In this document: positions 61,972 through 64,000 of the stretch, in pieces | Layout of the letters: every line of letters begins with the position of its first letter | How positions within the stretch are numbered: the first letter of the stretch is position 1 | Assembly: GCA_009859145.1 (NCBI GenBank) | Contig: VRVR01000019.1 | Coordinates: forward strand, 197,695-261,694 | DNA from: Andalucia godoyi And28 | Lineage: Eukaryota; Protista; Jakobida | Reading direction: 5' to 3' | DNA length: 64,000 nt | Notes under the pieces: model-generated | What the model was told of the DNA's origin: nothing | The model's input: only the letters and a program-made list of their open reading frames with translations | The model's database searches: none | Translations under genes and position numbers: made by a program

Positions 61972-63087
61972 ATGTCTTCAGCTGATTTTGACGAGAATGA
62001 TGCCAAGGCGCAGTTTGCCGATCAGGCTGGAGCCGAGTCCGAGCGCCAGGGTTCAGGAGGATATGTGTTCCGTGATGACAATGAAGTGAAGCAGCAGCGG
62101 AAGTGCATGTGGTCGTTTGTGAAGACTCTTGGATCGTCTGCGCTGCAAGGTCAGGATCTTACAAAGGTTTCGCTTCCTGTGCGTATTTTTGAGCCGCGTT
62201 CGTTCCTTGAACGGTTGTGCGATAACTGGATTCTTTGCGAGTCCTTTTTGTGCAAGGCTGCAGACCCGAAGCTGGATGCGGACCCCATCGGCCGCTTCAC
62301 CAAGACAATTGCATTTGTGATCGGTGGACTGCATGCAACTTGCCATGCCTCCAAGCCGTTCAACCCGATTCTGGGCGAGACCTACCAGGCAGAGTATGCG
62401 AATGGTACGATTGTGTACGCAGAACAGACGTCGCATCACCCACCCGTGTCGCACTTTGAGGTCTACGGACCGAAGACCGCACCATTTGTGTTCTCCGGTT
62501 GTGCGGGATGGAGCGCGGCCGTTCGTGGAAACTCGGTCAAGGGACAGCAGACTGGTGTGCAGACTGTCAAGTTTGCCGATGGCACGGAGATTTCGTGGGA
62601 GCTTCCGTACTTGTGGCTGACGGGTATTATGTGGGGTGCACGTGTGCTCGACTACTGCGGAACCGTCAAGTTTTCGGACCCAAAGAACCACCTGTATTGC
62701 GAGCTGACCTTTAATCCAGACGCCCAGGGTTACTTCAAGTCGCTCTTCTTCAAGCAAAAGACCCCAACGGACAGCTTTAAGGGAGACATCTACAAGCAAA
62801 TCGACGGCGCCGAGAAGATGGTTATCTGCAGTGTCGAGGGGTCGTGGCTTACTCATCTCGACGTCATCTACTCCAACAACTCGAAGGAGCGCATCTGGGA
62901 TGCAAAGACCGACAAGGAATCCATGCCGACGTCGGTTGCAAATCCGCTGCCTTCCGATTGCCGCTTCCGAGAGGACATGAAGGCTCTCAAGGAGCAAAAC
63001 TTTGACGAGGCCCAGAAGTGGAAGGTTGTTTTGGAAGAGAAGCAGCGACTTGAAAGAAAACTCAGAGCGGAACGAAACAAGAACTAG
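61972..63087 (+). CDS. Oxysterol-binding-protein-related (short ORD-only)
   Basis: DLTKVSLPVRIFEPRSFLER, KPFNPILGETY, EQTSHHPPVS, PSDCRFREDM and LEEKQR. Confidence 0.93.
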   Translation: MSSADFDENDAKAQFADQAGAESERQGSGGYVFRDDNEVKQQRKCMWSFVKTLGSSALQGQDLTKVSLPVRIFEPRSFLERLCDNWILCESFLCKAADPKLDADPIGRFTKTIAFVIGGLHATCHASKPFNPILGETYQAEYANGTIVYAEQTSHHPPVSHFEVYGPKTAPFVFSGCAGWSAAVRGNSVKGQQTGVQTVKFADGTEISWELPYLWLTGIMWGARVLDYCGTVKFSDPKNHLYCELTFNPDAQGYFKSLFFKQKTPTDSFKGDIYKQIDGAEKMVICSVEGSWLTHLDVIYSNNSKERIWDAKTDKESMPTSVANPLPSDCRFREDMKALKEQNFDEAQKWKVVLEEKQRLERKLRAERNKN

Positions 63088-63386
63088 GTTCTTTTCTTTT
63101 CTTTTCTTTTCTTTTCTCTCCGTAATGTTGCCGCTGCTGTTGTTGTTGCCGCTGCTATGGATAGTCGTCGTTATTACACGTTTTGACTTGTCAAGTTTGT
63201 GTTCGTGCAACCCTTTGCTTGTTTGTATCTTTTTCTTTTAATAAATGTCACTCTTTCACACGCTGCCAAGCACGCTTCCTCCTTGTTCTTTGTTCTCCTT
63301 TCGTCTCTCATTTTCCTGTACATACAAACCCCAAAAAACCCAAAAAGAAAGCAGCAACCAGACGACAGACAGAGAACATGCAAATC

Positions 63387-64000
63387 TCAAGTAAATTTGA
63401 CGCTTTTCTTGCCAAATTGATGTGTACCAAATACTTCGAGGTTCCTGCCTTTTGCAACGAGCCAGCCGACCTCCTGTGTTGTCGACAGGGGTCGGGCATC
63501 CGAGCCATATCTCTTTGTCGGAGATGCAGCGGACCTTTCCATAACCTTCATCATCGTTTGTCCGACATCCGTGCTTGTCATACCAGCAGGATCCACAACA
63601 CCGACAGTACCCAGCTCATCTCTCGTTGGTGCTTCCTTCATCTTTGCGATTGCTGCTTTGCGGACAGTCAAGCTCTTGCTGTCGAGCGTCTTTCCGGTTT
63701 TTTTCCATTCCTCGTACTCAGCTGCGCCCCCGGCTCTCACCATGTGCTCTGGAAACTTGATCGCCGCACCCTTCTTTTCTCCGTGATTCTTCGCAGTCTT
63801 GTCAAGACCCGGGATATGGACGGGGAGTCGCGCGCTGTTCGTCAACGATGTGTATCGGCTCAGTACGTCATGTGAAGCCCTCTGGGGTGGATCTGCAATC
63901 GCACACCCCATCTGAAATCCAGCGCCGGCAGACAGCACCGGGTCTTCAGAATCCTTGTTCGACCGGGGCGCAGAAGGGTCAAAGTCTGCAGGAAGCTCAA
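63387..64000 (-). CDS. Ciliary microtubule inner protein-like (CFAP144/FAM183/SPMIP1 type); the 5' end lies beyond the window
   Basis: C-terminal SPTKRYGSDARPLSTTQEVGW motif; the frame stays open to the window edge. Confidence 0.5.
   Translation of the reverse strand, partial: ELPADFDPSAPRSNKDSEDPVLSAGAGFQMGCAIADPPQRASHDVLSRYTSLTNSARLPVHIPGLDKTAKNHGEKKGAAIKFPEHMVRAGGAAEYEEWKKTGKTLDSKSLTVRKAAIAKMKEAPTRDELGTVGVVDPAGMTSTDVGQTMMKVMERSAASPTKRYGSDARPLSTTQEVGWLVAKGRNLEVFGTHQFGKKSVKFT

Overview
This is gene-dense eukaryotic DNA in the standard genetic code. It has about 31 protein-coding genes, only one supportable intron, short AT-rich or microsatellite-rich spacers and ciliary genes (IFT172, a thioredoxin-like protein, a CFAP144/SPMIP1-like protein). 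That fits an intron-poor flagellate protist; a jakobid such as Andalucia is a guess, not established. Housekeeping genes include RAD17, an SNM1B/Apollo-like nuclease, POLD3, ADA2 (split by a -1 frameshift), PFKFB, PAH, a PTB-like protein, DUS4, NDE1 and an OSBP-related protein. Several genes look bacterial: a long-type IDH, DUF2082, AzoR, DUF1643 and a NagB-deacetylase fusion. The main discovery lies in intergenic DNA, where two families of non-autonomous, internally deleted Fanzor/TnpB (OMEGA RNA-guided nuclease) elements occur. Family A is Fanzor1-like and TA-flanked, with copies at 17943-18735 and 47269-48249 plus an ORF-less mini copy at about 20626-20829. Family B is Fanzor2/IS607-like, with copies at 20832-21375 and about 51864-52203. 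Both families keep decayed protein motifs and a conserved, structured 3' end where the omega-RNA scaffold is expected. Copy B1 sits inside the family A mini element at a GG dinucleotide, so its predicted guide derives from family A and shares 12 nt with both other A copies. This suggests one RNA-guided transposon family could target another. All assignments were made by eye from motifs; no database searches were run.
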